From an uncultured bacterium (GTDB lineage: Bacteria > CAYUVA01): DNA of 53,369 bases. The stretch lies in the NCBI GenBank assembly GCA_964448115.1, contig CAYUVA010000033.1:1-53369 (forward strand). Reading direction: 5' to 3'. This document shows, in pieces, positions 39,108 through 50,156 of the stretch. The notes below the pieces were generated by a model, which saw only the letters and a program-made list of their open reading frames with translations, was not told where the DNA came from and searched no databases. Made by a program: the position numbers and the translations under genes. Position 1 is the stretch's first letter. Every line of letters starts with the position of its first letter.

Positions 39108-41867
39108 TCAAGCCTTCTTGCGCACAAAGTGCTCGAACTCCTTTTTATCAAAGGCTTTGCGGAAGGCTTCCTCGCCGGAGATGATCCCCTGCTTGACCAG
39201 GTCTCCGAGCGCTTGATCCATAGTTTGCATGCCGGCGCCTCGCCCCGTGGTCAGCACCGAGGCGACCTGATAGGTCTTGCCGTCCCGGATCAGCTTGGAG
39301 AGCGACGGCGTGGAGACTAGGATCTCGAATACGGCAGTTACACCACCATCGCGCTTGCGCACCAACTGCTGCGAGATCACCGCCTTCAGCGACTCGGAAA
39401 GCATGGTTCGTATCTGTGGCTGCTGGGTCGGCGGATAGGCATCGATGATACGGTCGATGGTCTTTGCCGTGCTGGTTGTATGCATGGTGCTGAAGACTAG
39501 ATGCCCGGTCTCGGCGGCGGTGATTGCCATCTGGATCGTCTCCAGGTCGCGAAGCTCTCCCACCAGGATGATGTCGGGGTCTTCGCGTAACGCCGCTCGC
39601 AGCGCAACCGCGAACGAATCTGTGTTTCTTCCCACCTCGCGCTGATTGACCAGGCAGTTCTTGTTGCTATGGATATATTCGATGGGATCTTCAATGGTGA
39701 TTATGTGGTCATTTCGTGTCTCGTTGGCATGGTTGATAAGGGCAGCAACCGTGGTGGTCTTGCCGCAGGTTGCCGGTCCGGTTACAAGTATCATGCCCTG
39801 GTGCAACTGGGTGAAGCGCTCGAAGATCTCCGGCATACCCAGTCCTCGAATGGTAGGCGCTTCTTCGGGGATGACCCTGAAGACGGCGGAGATGCCGAGA
39901 CGCTGCTGATAAATATTGACCCGAAAGCGATCCCCCAGCGGAGTCTCGTAAGCCATATCGAGGTCCATGTTCCTCTCGAAGCGCTCCCACTGCGCAGGAG
40001 CCATTATCTCCTGTAGCATGTTGACCACCTCATCCTCGCTGAATTTCTTTTCTCGGATCTTGATCACCTCTCCGTAGTACTTCATCATCGGCTCAAAGTC
40101 TGATGATATGATAAGATCCGAGGCGTTCTTCTCCCTCACCTCGACCAGGAGCTGATCGAGAATGGATAGGAAACTCCTTTTCCACTCCACCTCCCCCATC
40201 TTCTTGATCTGTTCGATATCGATGTGCTGCTCGTGCATCTTGAGTAGCTCCCTGGCTTTCAGTCGCACTTCCTTGTCAGTATCTGTCGAGAGCTGCTTCA
40301 ATATCTCGGTCACCCTAGGATCACCCTCATATCTGGACAGAGCGTTCAGGGCTTCCAGGCGAACATCCTTGGTCTGCTGTTCGGAAGTCATCTCCACAAG
40401 TGGCTCAACAGCAGCCGTATCACCGAGTTCTCCGAGAGCCTTTACGGCAGCGCCCTGTAAGGATTTGGTGGCGAGCAGCTTTTTAAGCAAGGGGAGCACC
40501 TTTGCCCCGCCGATACTGCCTAGTGCCTCTATGGCGCGCTCCCTTATCCACCAGTCATTATCCTTTACCAGGTTCAATAATGGCTTGAAAGCCTTTTGCG
40601 GCTTGATCTTGGCAACGATCTCGACCGCATAACGGCGCAGGTTCTCGTCCTTGTCATCCAATAGCGGCAAGATCATATCGGTTAGGGATTCATCACCTAT
40701 CTCTCCGAGCGCTGCTGCCACCTGTTCTCGTACCCACCAGTCCTCATCTCTGAGGAAGGTGAATAGATCGTGCATCAGGGTGCGATCCTTTAGCTTGGAC
40801 AGTATGTCAGCGGCGGCTCTTCTGATATTGACATCCGAGTCGCGCATCATATCGATCACCATCCTGCCCATGTTGATCGCCTTGCTCTTGCCCAGCTTGC
40901 TCATGGCGTTGACCGCCTCCTGGCGAACGAAGATATCCTTATCCTTAAGGCAGTTGATCAGCGTCGATATGGTGCCATGGTCGCCAGTTTTTGACAATAT
41001 TTTAAGCAGGGTAACCTTCAGGCGTGGATCAGCCTTGGCGATGGTAGTGATCACCCTGGCGTTTACCTTGGAATCAGCGACCTTCAACAGGCTCTCTGCA
41101 GCAGCGTGTTGCACCCTTGGGACATCGTCGCCAAGAAGATTTGCCAGGGCCTGCTGGGCAATAGCATCTTTATATAATCCGAGAGTTTCAGCTACCCGCT
41201 GGCGGACATGGTGATCCTGGTGTGATGCTAGGGTAACTAAGAACTCGACAACAGCGCGATCCTTTGAGGTGGCGAGGATCTCCAGGATGCCGTCTATATC
41301 ACGCTTCAAACTGCTTGAGATCGCCTCTTTTAAGACTCTTAGAGCCTCATTGGTGTCGAGATCGAAAAGCGCCTGGTAGGCAGTCAATTTACTATACCAT
41401 CCAGGCTCAGCAAGCATGTCCTTGAGCTTATAGAAGGTGCTGCGGTTTCCTATCTTGCGCACGACCCTCAGTGCTCCTTCCCTGAGATCGGGATCTTTAT
41501 TCTTGAGCAGCTTGAGTATTCGATGATCGTCATCGTTAGTGGCGGTCTGGTATAATACCTTGAAGATAACCTCTCTTGTCTGACCATCGATCACCGACTG
41601 TGCGCTATTGACCAGGTCTTCGACCAGCCTGGGATCATGCAACTTGATCAAGATCTCCTCGATGGCAAGCAGCTTCTCGCTTTTCAGCTTGGGATTGGTA
41701 TCTAGGTATGTACGAAAGAGGATATCGACCACCGAGCGCGCTGGAACATGGGGAAGGTTAAGGATATCGCGAACCAGCTTGCGTCGAGCCTCATCGTCTT
41801 CCCAGTCCCCTTTATTCAACTGGGCGATCAGGTTCCTGGCTTCCTTGGAGAATATTATCTTTGCCAT
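39108..41867 (-). CDS. HEAT-repeat/PilT-family ATPase fusion
   Basis: About 560 aa of 'L.D.D..VR..A..AL..IG' repeats, then a full PilT domain (ASDLII, GPATCGKTTT, IEDPIE, LREDPD, STMHT). Confidence 0.9.
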   Translation of the reverse strand: MAKIIFSKEARNLIAQLNKGDWEDDEARRKLVRDILNLPHVPARSVVDILFRTYLDTNPKLKSEKLLAIEEILIKLHDPRLVEDLVNSAQSVIDGQTREVIFKVLYQTATNDDDHRILKLLKNKDPDLREGALRVVRKIGNRSTFYKLKDMLAEPGWYSKLTAYQALFDLDTNEALRVLKEAISSSLKRDIDGILEILATSKDRAVVEFLVTLASHQDHHVRQRVAETLGLYKDAIAQQALANLLGDDVPRVQHAAAESLLKVADSKVNARVITTIAKADPRLKVTLLKILSKTGDHGTISTLINCLKDKDIFVRQEAVNAMSKLGKSKAINMGRMVIDMMRDSDVNIRRAAADILSKLKDRTLMHDLFTFLRDEDWWVREQVAAALGEIGDESLTDMILPLLDDKDENLRRYAVEIVAKIKPQKAFKPLLNLVKDNDWWIRERAIEALGSIGGAKVLPLLKKLLATKSLQGAAVKALGELGDTAAVEPLVEMTSEQQTKDVRLEALNALSRYEGDPRVTEILKQLSTDTDKEVRLKARELLKMHEQHIDIEQIKKMGEVEWKRSFLSILDQLLVEVREKNASDLIISSDFEPMMKYYGEVIKIREKKFSEDEVVNMLQEIMAPAQWERFERNMDLDMAYETPLGDRFRVNIYQQRLGISAVFRVIPEEAPTIRGLGMPEIFERFTQLHQGMILVTGPATCGKTTTVAALINHANETRNDHIITIEDPIEYIHSNKNCLVNQREVGRNTDSFAVALRAALREDPDIILVGELRDLETIQMAITAAETGHLVFSTMHTTSTAKTIDRIIDAYPPTQQPQIRTMLSESLKAVISQQLVRKRDGGVTAVFEILVSTPSLSKLIRDGKTYQVASVLTTGRGAGMQTMDQALGDLVKQGIISGEEAFRKAFDKKEFEHFVRKKA

Positions 41868-42133
41868 TGAAGGTTATTTCTCCCCATATCACGGTTTATC
41901 CGCTGCTATTGCCATTAAATATAACAAACAACTCGATCAGATTACAAGCTCGATAATTGCGCAATTGGAAAAGGATAAAATCAAGAAAGTTGTTTTTATT
42001 ATCTCTCATGTTAATCAGTGGTGCTGTCATTTGATTAAATCGTTTTTTTAGGTTAATAAAAAAGGGCAATGTATTATTTTATACATGCAGTAACTGTTTG
42101 GATCTATTTCAATTAAGCCGGAGAAACTCCTAT

Positions 42134-45100
42134 ATGTATGTAGATGAAGGTCGGTGTAGAAACAAGTTCATTCTATCACCCGGCATTAAGGTCAAGATAA
42201 TCGCCCAACTTTTCCTTGCCGCTATACTTGTTACCCTGGTCTCCTCGAACTCCCTTGCTATCGTTCCCCCAAAAGAAGGGGCTGTTTTACCCCCAAAGCT
42301 AAAGGAGATGATGGAAGTCGGGCTGGGAAGGGTCGAGAGTCCCGAGAAACCGCGCCTTACAACCACGACGGATGGAAAAAGCAGGCTAGCAGTTACTGGG
42401 ACCAGGTACTTACCGGTTCTTTGCGGAGAATTCTCTAATACCGGCTCCCATGACTGGCCTATATCGAACCTTCAGACCGAGCTTTTCGATGGACCATGGC
42501 CAACAGGGACCATGAAGCAGTATTACCAGGAGATCTCCTACAATAACTTCCAGGTAGATGGCACGGTTTACGGCTGGTACAAGGTGAGCAATACGAATAC
42601 CTATTACCAGGGACCCAACGGCTGCAACGGTTTGTGTAGCGAAGGGGCAAGCACATCGAATGCTGGTCGCTTTGTTTACGAGGTGATCCAGCTTGCCGAT
42701 CCCTCTATCAACTTTGCTCAGTATGATAACGATGGACCGGACGGGATTCCGAATTCCGGGGATGATGATGGCTATGTTGACACGCTGGTAATAGTCCATG
42801 CAGGCATCGGCGGCGAGTGCGGTGCTGGCAACCAGATCTGGTCGCATAGCTGGACGCTGAGCGGATGGTATCCTTACACGCAGCCGCCAAGAGTCAATAC
42901 ATATACAACCAATGATGCCCGCAACGGTGGAGGATATATCAGGATCAACGACTATGTGATCCAGCCTGGGCTCGCCTGCAATGGCTCGACTATGATCCAG
43001 ATCGGCGTCTTCTGCCACGAGTATGGTCATGCCCTCGGATTACCCGATCTGTATGATACAGATGGCAGCTCCGAGGGGGTCGGCAACTGGTGCTTGATGG
43101 CTGGAGGCAGTTGGGGAGGAGACGGAAGCCATCCTGAATACCCAGTCCACATGAGCGCCTGGTGCAAAACCAAGCTGGGTTGGCTAAATCCCATCGTGGT
43201 TACCTATGACCGCATAAACGAGGCTATCCCTCAGGTGGCTAATACCCCGGTTGCCTACAAGATGTGGACCAACGGCTCTCCAGCCAATGAGTATTTCCTG
43301 CTCGAAAACCGCACCTCGCAAAGCTCTGGCTTCGATCGCTATCTATACAACTCTGGGCTTTGTATTTGGCATATCGATGATGATACGACCACCAACCAGA
43401 AAGAGAACTGCGGTGGCTGTGTGGAAAGTGCCAGTCTTCATTATCTGGTGGCGCTCGAACAAGCCGATGGCGCCTGTCATCTGGAGTGCAATAGTAACCG
43501 AGGCGATGCAGGGGATGTATTTCCAGGAAGCAGCGGCAAGACCAACTTCAATAACACCACAAATCCGAGCAGCAAAAGATACAGCGGCACTAGCACCAAT
43601 GTCCAGGTTAACAATATCAGTTACTCCGGCGGGATCGTTTATGCGAGCCTCTATACGGGACTAGGCTCCGGTGCAACTCCCACATATACTCCGACTAGAA
43701 CGCCATCCAGAACACCGACCCGCACACCGACCTACACTCGCACTAATACCCCCAGCGATACGCCGACAAGGACACCAACCTTTACCAGGACAAATACACC
43801 AACCTACACTCCAACAAGGACGCCTACCTTTACAATTACGAACACACCCAGTAATACCCCAACTAGAACACCGACATGGACACCAACATCCACAAGCATC
43901 CCGACCGCTACTCCGAGCATAACGCCGACCTTTACCATGACAAATACACCAAGCAATACACCTACCAGAACACCGACCAATACGCCAACGAGGACTTCGA
44001 CTGCGATCCCAAGCGGTACGCCAACCATGACCGCCACATTGACTCCCACTACCACCCCTAGTAACACGCCCACTATGACCGCTACGGCAGTGCCGACCAG
44101 CACGCCAACGATAACCCCGACCGCGGTCAGCTTCGATCCCGACCTCTGCTGGGTAAGCTACAGCCCTACCGGCATGGATGTGCAGTGGAACCCGGATCTG
44201 AACACGATCACGGCTGACCTTGCCACCCTTTATAATGTGGGGGTGCGCGGGGTGATCACCTACTCAGCGCGAGATAATCTTAGATTTATTCCACAGATAG
44301 CACGAGATCTCGACTACCAGGGCGTGATCATGGGGATCTGGGACCCCACGAATGCCAGCGAGCTAAACGATGCCAAGTCGCAATCATCTTATGTTGATGC
44401 TTACTGCATAGGAAACGAGGGGCTGTATGCTGACTACAATCTGCAACAGCTCGTGCAGGCTATGGAGGATGTGCGCACAAGCACCGGCAGGTCAGTGAGC
44501 ACCTCGGAGCCTGCTTACGAATATATATACGATGATAACCTCGTCTATCTCGGCGATTTCTTGATGCCCAACAGCCATCCATACTGGGATCCGGCGGTGA
44601 GTAGCGTGAGTGATGCCATTGCCTGGATGCAGAACATGGATAGCCTGATCAAATCTAGGACCGATAGAATGGTCTTTCACAAGGAGACCGGTCTGCCGAC
44701 TGACGGGGATGTCAACTGCAGCTTCTGCAACCAGGCGGGACAGCGCGATTTTTACATCGACTTGCAGGACACGAGTCTATTATTCTCTTACTTCGAGGCT
44801 TATGATCAGGCATGGAAGACCTCGCATCCAGTGGAACCGTACTGGGGAATCTTTGATAAAGATCGCTTTCCCAAGCTGGTGGTGCCTTATATCTGCGGTA
44901 ATACTCCCACGCCGACACCGAGCGATACGCCGACCGCCATACCGAGCGCAACTCCGACTCTGACGCTCACCAACACGCCGACCGGGGCTCCAAGTGCTAC
45001 GCCAACCAACACGCCAACGGTTACAGAGACAATGACGCCGACGCTAACGCCTAGCAATTCGCCCTCGATTACGCCGACCAGAACGCCAAGCAACACTCCG

Positions 45101-48100
45101 AGCCTGACACCGACCGGAACCCCGAGCGCTACGCCGACTGCTACAGCAACCCCAAGCGCGACCGCCTCATCAACTCCGACCACAACTGTAACCGATACAG
45201 CAACGGTTACTCCGAGCAGGACGCCGACCAATACCCCATCTGTAACGCCAACTCGTACTCCGAGCAACACACCCACCTCGACCCAGACCACTTTGCCGAG
45301 CACTACCCCGACAATGACACCAAGTTTAACCCCGAGCGCCACGCCGACATATACACCCTGTTATAACGATGATCCCTACGAGTACGGCGCTGGGAATGAT
45401 ACTTATGAAAATGCTGTCTTTATGGATACAAATGGAGCGCCGATCCAGGAGCTTTTCTGCCACGATGCAGACCCTGACTGGCACACCTTCATTGCGAGCA
45501 CAGGGCGCGAATACACTATCTGGACATCGCAACTGGGCACCGATGTCCTAACCAGCATCTATCTTTATGGCAATCCGCCACAACCAACCCCACTAGCCTT
45601 CTGCGAATCGAGTCCACCTTATGGCGAGTGCTCCATCCAGTATTCCTTCAACTCCAGCGGGCAGTATTATTTCCTGGTATATCCATCTGATGGGAGCGCT
45701 TATGGCTTCGGCGCTGATTATAATGTCCAGCTTTTAGCCAACACCTTCACTCCAACCGGCGCCCCTACCCATACACCGAGTAACACTCCAAGCGGCACTC
45801 CCACCGAGCTTCCGTCGTTCACGCCGACCTTTACTCCAAGCGTAACGCCGAGTTTCACCCCGACCTTTACTCCTACCGATACAAGCACTACATCGCCGAC
45901 CTCGACCCCGAGCCGCACACCTACCAGAACACCGACCGCGACCTATACGCTAAGCCCTTCAATTACACCTACATCAACGCCATCATCGACACCTACTTAT
46001 ACTCATACGCAGGTTCCGACCGCGACTTTCACCCCCACTGCGACCGGCACCGCTAGACCCTTGCCTTATGTGGAGGACTTCGAGGCTGATCCTGATGGAT
46101 GGGGCTACTGGGGCGCATTATGGGAAAGAGGCTTCCCGACCATGGTCGGTCCCTCGACGCCCTATGAGGGGAGTGCCTGCATGGGGACAAACATCGATGG
46201 CTATTATATAAACAGCGGGCAGTACCACCTGATCAGCCCCAACCTGAGCCTTGCCGATGGGAACTTAACCATCCCGGTGCTCACCTTATATCACTGGTAT
46301 CTCTGCGAGCAGAACTGGGATGGCGGGAATATCAAGATAAGCATAGATGGCGGAGAGAATTGGTCAATCATCACGCCGACGCCATATTATGACTTTGGTA
46401 CTGTCAAAGGTTTGGGTTACAAGCCGGGCTACTCCAGCGAGAGCGCAGTCGGCTGGAGCATGGTCATGGCTGACCTGAGCGCATATATAGGTTATGATGT
46501 GCTCATTGATTTTCACTTCGGTACCGATGATGCTGGAGATCCCTTCCCCGGCTGGTATATCGATTATGTCGAGGTCTTCGATGGGATAATCTTGACCCCG
46601 ACAGCGACCCCCAGCGATACGCCGACGGCGACCTATACTCCAACCACGACAGCGACCCCGACCGCAACTCCGAGTGGTGTGCCGACAATTACTCCGAGTG
46701 CAACCCCGACCAACACCTTCACCTCAGCACCAACTGCATTGCCTACCCTAACACCGACTAACACCCCCACGGTTACGGATATACCGACCAGCACCAATAC
46801 TCCGACACTGACTCCATCGATTACCTCAACTCGTACTCCTACCTTGACGCCGAGCACAACCCCGACCGGTACCGCTACAAAGACCCCGACCCAAGCGCCG
46901 ACTCATACCATTACGCAAACGCCGACCCTGACTGCCAGCAGCACGCCGACCATCCTTCCCTCCTCGACGCCGACCGCAACCCCAAGCCCGACCGATACCC
47001 CCACCCGCACTCCAAGCAGAACACCAAGCAACACCCCGAGCAGAACGCCGACTTTAACCCCATCTTCCACTGCTACCAACACGCCGAGTCGCACCCCCAC
47101 CTACACGCAGACTACCTCGCCAACCGGGACCGCATCCATGACGCCGAGCGCTACGCCCACAACCACGAGCACCGGCTCGCCGACCGCAACCCCAAGCGAG
47201 ACTGCTACGAAAACCCCAACCACTACGCATACCCCGACAATTACAGATACGCCAAGCACCACCCCCACGCATACTCCGACAGGGACGAGTACTATAAGCC
47301 CGACCACCACCTGCACGGAGACGAGCACCCCTACGGTAACCTCGACACCGACCATCACATTGACCTCAACGCCGAGCACTACCCCGACTCAGACGGCGAG
47401 TGCAACTCCGAGCGCCACGGTTACCATGACGCCAACCCAGACCTTTACCCGTACTCCTACATTGACCCCCAGCGGCACGCCGACCAGCACACCCTCGCCG
47501 ACCCCGATACTTCTCCCCTACTTTGAGGACTTCGAGGATGCTGCTATCTTCGAGGTCAGGGGCACATCAACGGTATGGGAATGGGGGCAGCCGATGTGGG
47601 TAGGACCCGACTCGGCTTACAGTGGCGTTAATTGCTGGGGAACGAATATCGATGGCAACTACGAGGATGTAAGCTCATACAGCGACCTGGTCAGCCCGGT
47701 GATCGACCTTGGTTCCGTGTCTGGGACGCCGATGCTCAGCTTCTGGCACTGGTATCAGATCGATGGCTTCTCGGAGCATGCCTACGATGGTGGCAATATT
47801 CGAGTCAGCGTTGATGGTGGAACAAGCTGGCAGGTAGTATTCCCCGAAGGTGGCTATCCGTTCGACGAGGTCGATGGCTTGGGCGGCGAGCCTGGATATA
47901 GCTACAATCCGAATCCTGCCTGGGAAAAGGTTCAAGTCGATCTGAGCGATTATGCCGGGAGTATGGTGCTAATCGGGTGGCGCTTAGGTATGGACTGGTC
48001 GCGAGATCCGCTGCCTGGCTGGTACATCGATGATGTGAGGATCTATGAGTATTCCGCTGCCACAGCCACGCCGACAGTAACGCCTACAATAGAAGGTACT

Positions 48101-48529
48101 TTTACAGCCACAGCCACGGCAACCCCCGGCTCGCGGACATCAACTCCAACCCAAACAGCCACGCCATCTCGCACCCCAACAAGAACTCCACCCCCTGGCT
48201 ATGCGCCTGAAATAATGATCATGGGCTATATGAGCAGTCGCCTAGGCACAGCCGGTGGCGGCGATCTCACCATCATAGCCCTGGTTGCCGACCTGGATGG
48301 CTTGGAAGATATCCAGTGGGTACAGCTTTACTACCAGGGCGTTGAGACCGGGATCACGCTTTGGGATGATGGTCGTCATGCTGACTTTGACCCCAATGAC
48401 GGCGTCTATGGCTTTTATATAAGGATCGGCGCAGGTGCACCTTCAGGACTCTACTTGATCGAGATCCGCGCTTCAGACACCATTGGGTTGATCAGTCCCC
48501 TGGCACCATATCTCAATGTGAAGGAATGA
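42134..48529 (+). CDS. Giant secreted M6 (immune inhibitor A) metalloprotease with GH17-like domain, PPC-like domain, two MAM/cleaved-adhesin-like domains, five PT linkers and a C-terminal WPYL-type module
   Basis: M6: HEYGHALGLPDLY, IWSHSW, EYFLLENR. GH17-like: IGNE, KETGLP, FEAYDQ.WK, E.YWG. Duplicated 'LPY.EDFE...WE.G.P..VGP...DGGNI..S.DGG..W...PGWYID'. Start uncertain (42098 or 42134). Confidence 0.88.
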   Translation: MYVDEGRCRNKFILSPGIKVKIIAQLFLAAILVTLVSSNSLAIVPPKEGAVLPPKLKEMMEVGLGRVESPEKPRLTTTTDGKSRLAVTGTRYLPVLCGEFSNTGSHDWPISNLQTELFDGPWPTGTMKQYYQEISYNNFQVDGTVYGWYKVSNTNTYYQGPNGCNGLCSEGASTSNAGRFVYEVIQLADPSINFAQYDNDGPDGIPNSGDDDGYVDTLVIVHAGIGGECGAGNQIWSHSWTLSGWYPYTQPPRVNTYTTNDARNGGGYIRINDYVIQPGLACNGSTMIQIGVFCHEYGHALGLPDLYDTDGSSEGVGNWCLMAGGSWGGDGSHPEYPVHMSAWCKTKLGWLNPIVVTYDRINEAIPQVANTPVAYKMWTNGSPANEYFLLENRTSQSSGFDRYLYNSGLCIWHIDDDTTTNQKENCGGCVESASLHYLVALEQADGACHLECNSNRGDAGDVFPGSSGKTNFNNTTNPSSKRYSGTSTNVQVNNISYSGGIVYASLYTGLGSGATPTYTPTRTPSRTPTRTPTYTRTNTPSDTPTRTPTFTRTNTPTYTPTRTPTFTITNTPSNTPTRTPTWTPTSTSIPTATPSITPTFTMTNTPSNTPTRTPTNTPTRTSTAIPSGTPTMTATLTPTTTPSNTPTMTATAVPTSTPTITPTAVSFDPDLCWVSYSPTGMDVQWNPDLNTITADLATLYNVGVRGVITYSARDNLRFIPQIARDLDYQGVIMGIWDPTNASELNDAKSQSSYVDAYCIGNEGLYADYNLQQLVQAMEDVRTSTGRSVSTSEPAYEYIYDDNLVYLGDFLMPNSHPYWDPAVSSVSDAIAWMQNMDSLIKSRTDRMVFHKETGLPTDGDVNCSFCNQAGQRDFYIDLQDTSLLFSYFEAYDQAWKTSHPVEPYWGIFDKDRFPKLVVPYICGNTPTPTPSDTPTAIPSATPTLTLTNTPTGAPSATPTNTPTVTETMTPTLTPSNSPSITPTRTPSNTPSLTPTGTPSATPTATATPSATASSTPTTTVTDTATVTPSRTPTNTPSVTPTRTPSNTPTSTQTTLPSTTPTMTPSLTPSATPTYTPCYNDDPYEYGAGNDTYENAVFMDTNGAPIQELFCHDADPDWHTFIASTGREYTIWTSQLGTDVLTSIYLYGNPPQPTPLAFCESSPPYGECSIQYSFNSSGQYYFLVYPSDGSAYGFGADYNVQLLANTFTPTGAPTHTPSNTPSGTPTELPSFTPTFTPSVTPSFTPTFTPTDTSTTSPTSTPSRTPTRTPTATYTLSPSITPTSTPSSTPTYTHTQVPTATFTPTATGTARPLPYVEDFEADPDGWGYWGALWERGFPTMVGPSTPYEGSACMGTNIDGYYINSGQYHLISPNLSLADGNLTIPVLTLYHWYLCEQNWDGGNIKISIDGGENWSIITPTPYYDFGTVKGLGYKPGYSSESAVGWSMVMADLSAYIGYDVLIDFHFGTDDAGDPFPGWYIDYVEVFDGIILTPTATPSDTPTATYTPTTTATPTATPSGVPTITPSATPTNTFTSAPTALPTLTPTNTPTVTDIPTSTNTPTLTPSITSTRTPTLTPSTTPTGTATKTPTQAPTHTITQTPTLTASSTPTILPSSTPTATPSPTDTPTRTPSRTPSNTPSRTPTLTPSSTATNTPSRTPTYTQTTSPTGTASMTPSATPTTTSTGSPTATPSETATKTPTTTHTPTITDTPSTTPTHTPTGTSTISPTTTCTETSTPTVTSTPTITLTSTPSTTPTQTASATPSATVTMTPTQTFTRTPTLTPSGTPTSTPSPTPILLPYFEDFEDAAIFEVRGTSTVWEWGQPMWVGPDSAYSGVNCWGTNIDGNYEDVSSYSDLVSPVIDLGSVSGTPMLSFWHWYQIDGFSEHAYDGGNIRVSVDGGTSWQVVFPEGGYPFDEVDGLGGEPGYSYNPNPAWEKVQVDLSDYAGSMVLIGWRLGMDWSRDPLPGWYIDDVRIYEYSAATATPTVTPTIEGTFTATATATPGSRTSTPTQTATPSRTPTRTPPPGYAPEIMIMGYMSSRLGTAGGGDLTIIALVADLDGLEDIQWVQLYYQGVETGITLWDDGRHADFDPNDGVYGFYIRIGAGAPSGLYLIEIRASDTIGLISPLAPYLNVKE

Positions 48530-48635
48530 TAAGAATACCTTTTTATGCCTGGCAATACGAGTATCCAACCCTTGCCCCGAAGGGACGAAAGACAGCCCTC
48601 ATCGTGAAACGCAACCGTATAGCAAAAACAGGTAA

Positions 48636-50156
48636 ATGGAACAGATAATCATAAATAAAGGTCCCTACGACACCCGAATCGCCATCAAAGAAAATGACCA
48701 GCTAGTTGAGCTTATCATCGAGGGTCGCAAGCATAAACGGCTGGTTGGCTCGGTCATTAAAGGACGAGTAACCAAGGTACTCCCTGGCATGCAGGCTGCC
48801 TTTATCGATATCGGCTTGAGCAAGGATGCCTTCCTTTATGTGGAAGACTTCATTGAACCACTTGATGACCTAAGCGAGATGATAATCGATGGAGAAGAGG
48901 ATGAATTGGAGCGGGGAAACGAGCACCGGGAACGCATCTACGCCAAGCCGGATGATCTGCACATAGAGGATCTCCTCCAACGGGGGCAGCAGGTGCTCGT
49001 GCAGATCTCCAAGGAGCCGCTGGGCAGCAAGGGGGCAAGGGTTACCTCTTATATTAACCTGCCGGGTCGTTTTTTGGTTTACATGCCGACGGTTAAGCAT
49101 GTCGGTGTCTCGCGACGCATTATCGATGAAGGCGAAAGAGCAAGGCTAAAGTCTATCATAGAGGAACTCAGCAATGAATCGGAAGGCTTCATTGTAAGAA
49201 CCGTCGGGGAAGGGAAGGGGAAAGAGGATTTCGAGGCGGATATGAGAATGCTCAAGAAGGTCTGGGCGAAGATCCAACAAAAGGCTGAGAATATAGAAGC
49301 ACCTGCGTTTATCCATACTGACCTTGATCCTATTTATCGTGCGATCAGGGACTTTCTTACCTCGGAGACCGAGGCTATCCTGCTCGATTCCGAAGATGAC
49401 TACGAGAAATGCCTTGAGATGGTGAACGAGTACATGCCGGATAAGACCTCGAAAGTGAAGCTATTTACAAAAAATATACCGATCTTCGAGGAGTATGGCA
49501 TCGAGCAGCAGATCGAAAAGGCTTTGGGGAAGAAGGTTTGGCTCAAGTCCGGCGGTTACCTGGTCATCGAGCAGACGGAGGCGTTGACCTCGATCGATGT
49601 AAATACCGGTAAGTTTGTGGGCAAGGATGACCTGGAGGATACCATCACTAAGACCAACATGGACGCAGCCAGGGAGATAGCCAGGCAGATAAGGCTGCGA
49701 AACCTGGGCGGTATCATCGTAATCGATTTTATCGATATGCTTCTCAAGGAGAATCGTCAAAAGGTACTGGAGGTGCTCGAAGAAGAGATGTCCAAGGATC
49801 ACGCAAGAAGTTATATCTACAACTTCACGGCGCTTGGTCTGGTTGAAATAACTCGAAAAAGGGTGCGAAAGAGCCTTGATAAGCTTCTTTGCACCCCTTG
49901 TCCCTACTGCGATGGGTGCGGGCAGATCAAGGATGTGAGCACCGTCTGTTACGAAATCTATCGCGAGCTTTACAAGATGCTCTACCGCAATCCTGTAAAG
50001 GAGGTTACCTTGCGAGTTCATCCAAAGGTCGCTTTAGCGCTAAGAAACGAAGAGCAGCGTGTGATTCTTGATATCCAGGATCTTTTTGCCACTAGGGTCA
50101 ACATTTATTCTGATGATAACCTGCACCATCATACTTATAATATCTTGATTGGGTAG
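48636..50156 (+). CDS. rng: Ribonuclease G (Rne/Rng family)
   Basis: VLPGMQAAFIDIG, KEPLGSKGAR, IDVNTG, RLRNLGGIIVIDFIDM and CPYCDG motifs. Confidence 0.95.
   Translation: MEQIIINKGPYDTRIAIKENDQLVELIIEGRKHKRLVGSVIKGRVTKVLPGMQAAFIDIGLSKDAFLYVEDFIEPLDDLSEMIIDGEEDELERGNEHRERIYAKPDDLHIEDLLQRGQQVLVQISKEPLGSKGARVTSYINLPGRFLVYMPTVKHVGVSRRIIDEGERARLKSIIEELSNESEGFIVRTVGEGKGKEDFEADMRMLKKVWAKIQQKAENIEAPAFIHTDLDPIYRAIRDFLTSETEAILLDSEDDYEKCLEMVNEYMPDKTSKVKLFTKNIPIFEEYGIEQQIEKALGKKVWLKSGGYLVIEQTEALTSIDVNTGKFVGKDDLEDTITKTNMDAAREIARQIRLRNLGGIIVIDFIDMLLKENRQKVLEVLEEEMSKDHARSYIYNFTALGLVEITRKRVRKSLDKLLCTPCPYCDGCGQIKDVSTVCYEIYRELYKMLYRNPVKEVTLRVHPKVALALRNEEQRVILDIQDLFATRVNIYSDDNLHHHTYNILIG

Noticed and set aside
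43670-48200. Antisense Val/Gly-rich ORFs (e.g. 43804-44103, 44887-45342, 47101-47379)
   Set aside because: They are shadows of the Pro/Thr linker codons on the opposite strand.
48540-48635. Possible c-di-GMP-I riboswitch upstream of rng (gggacgaaag)
   Set aside because: Only a short partial motif; the GGCAAAC and second-stem elements are not recognisable.
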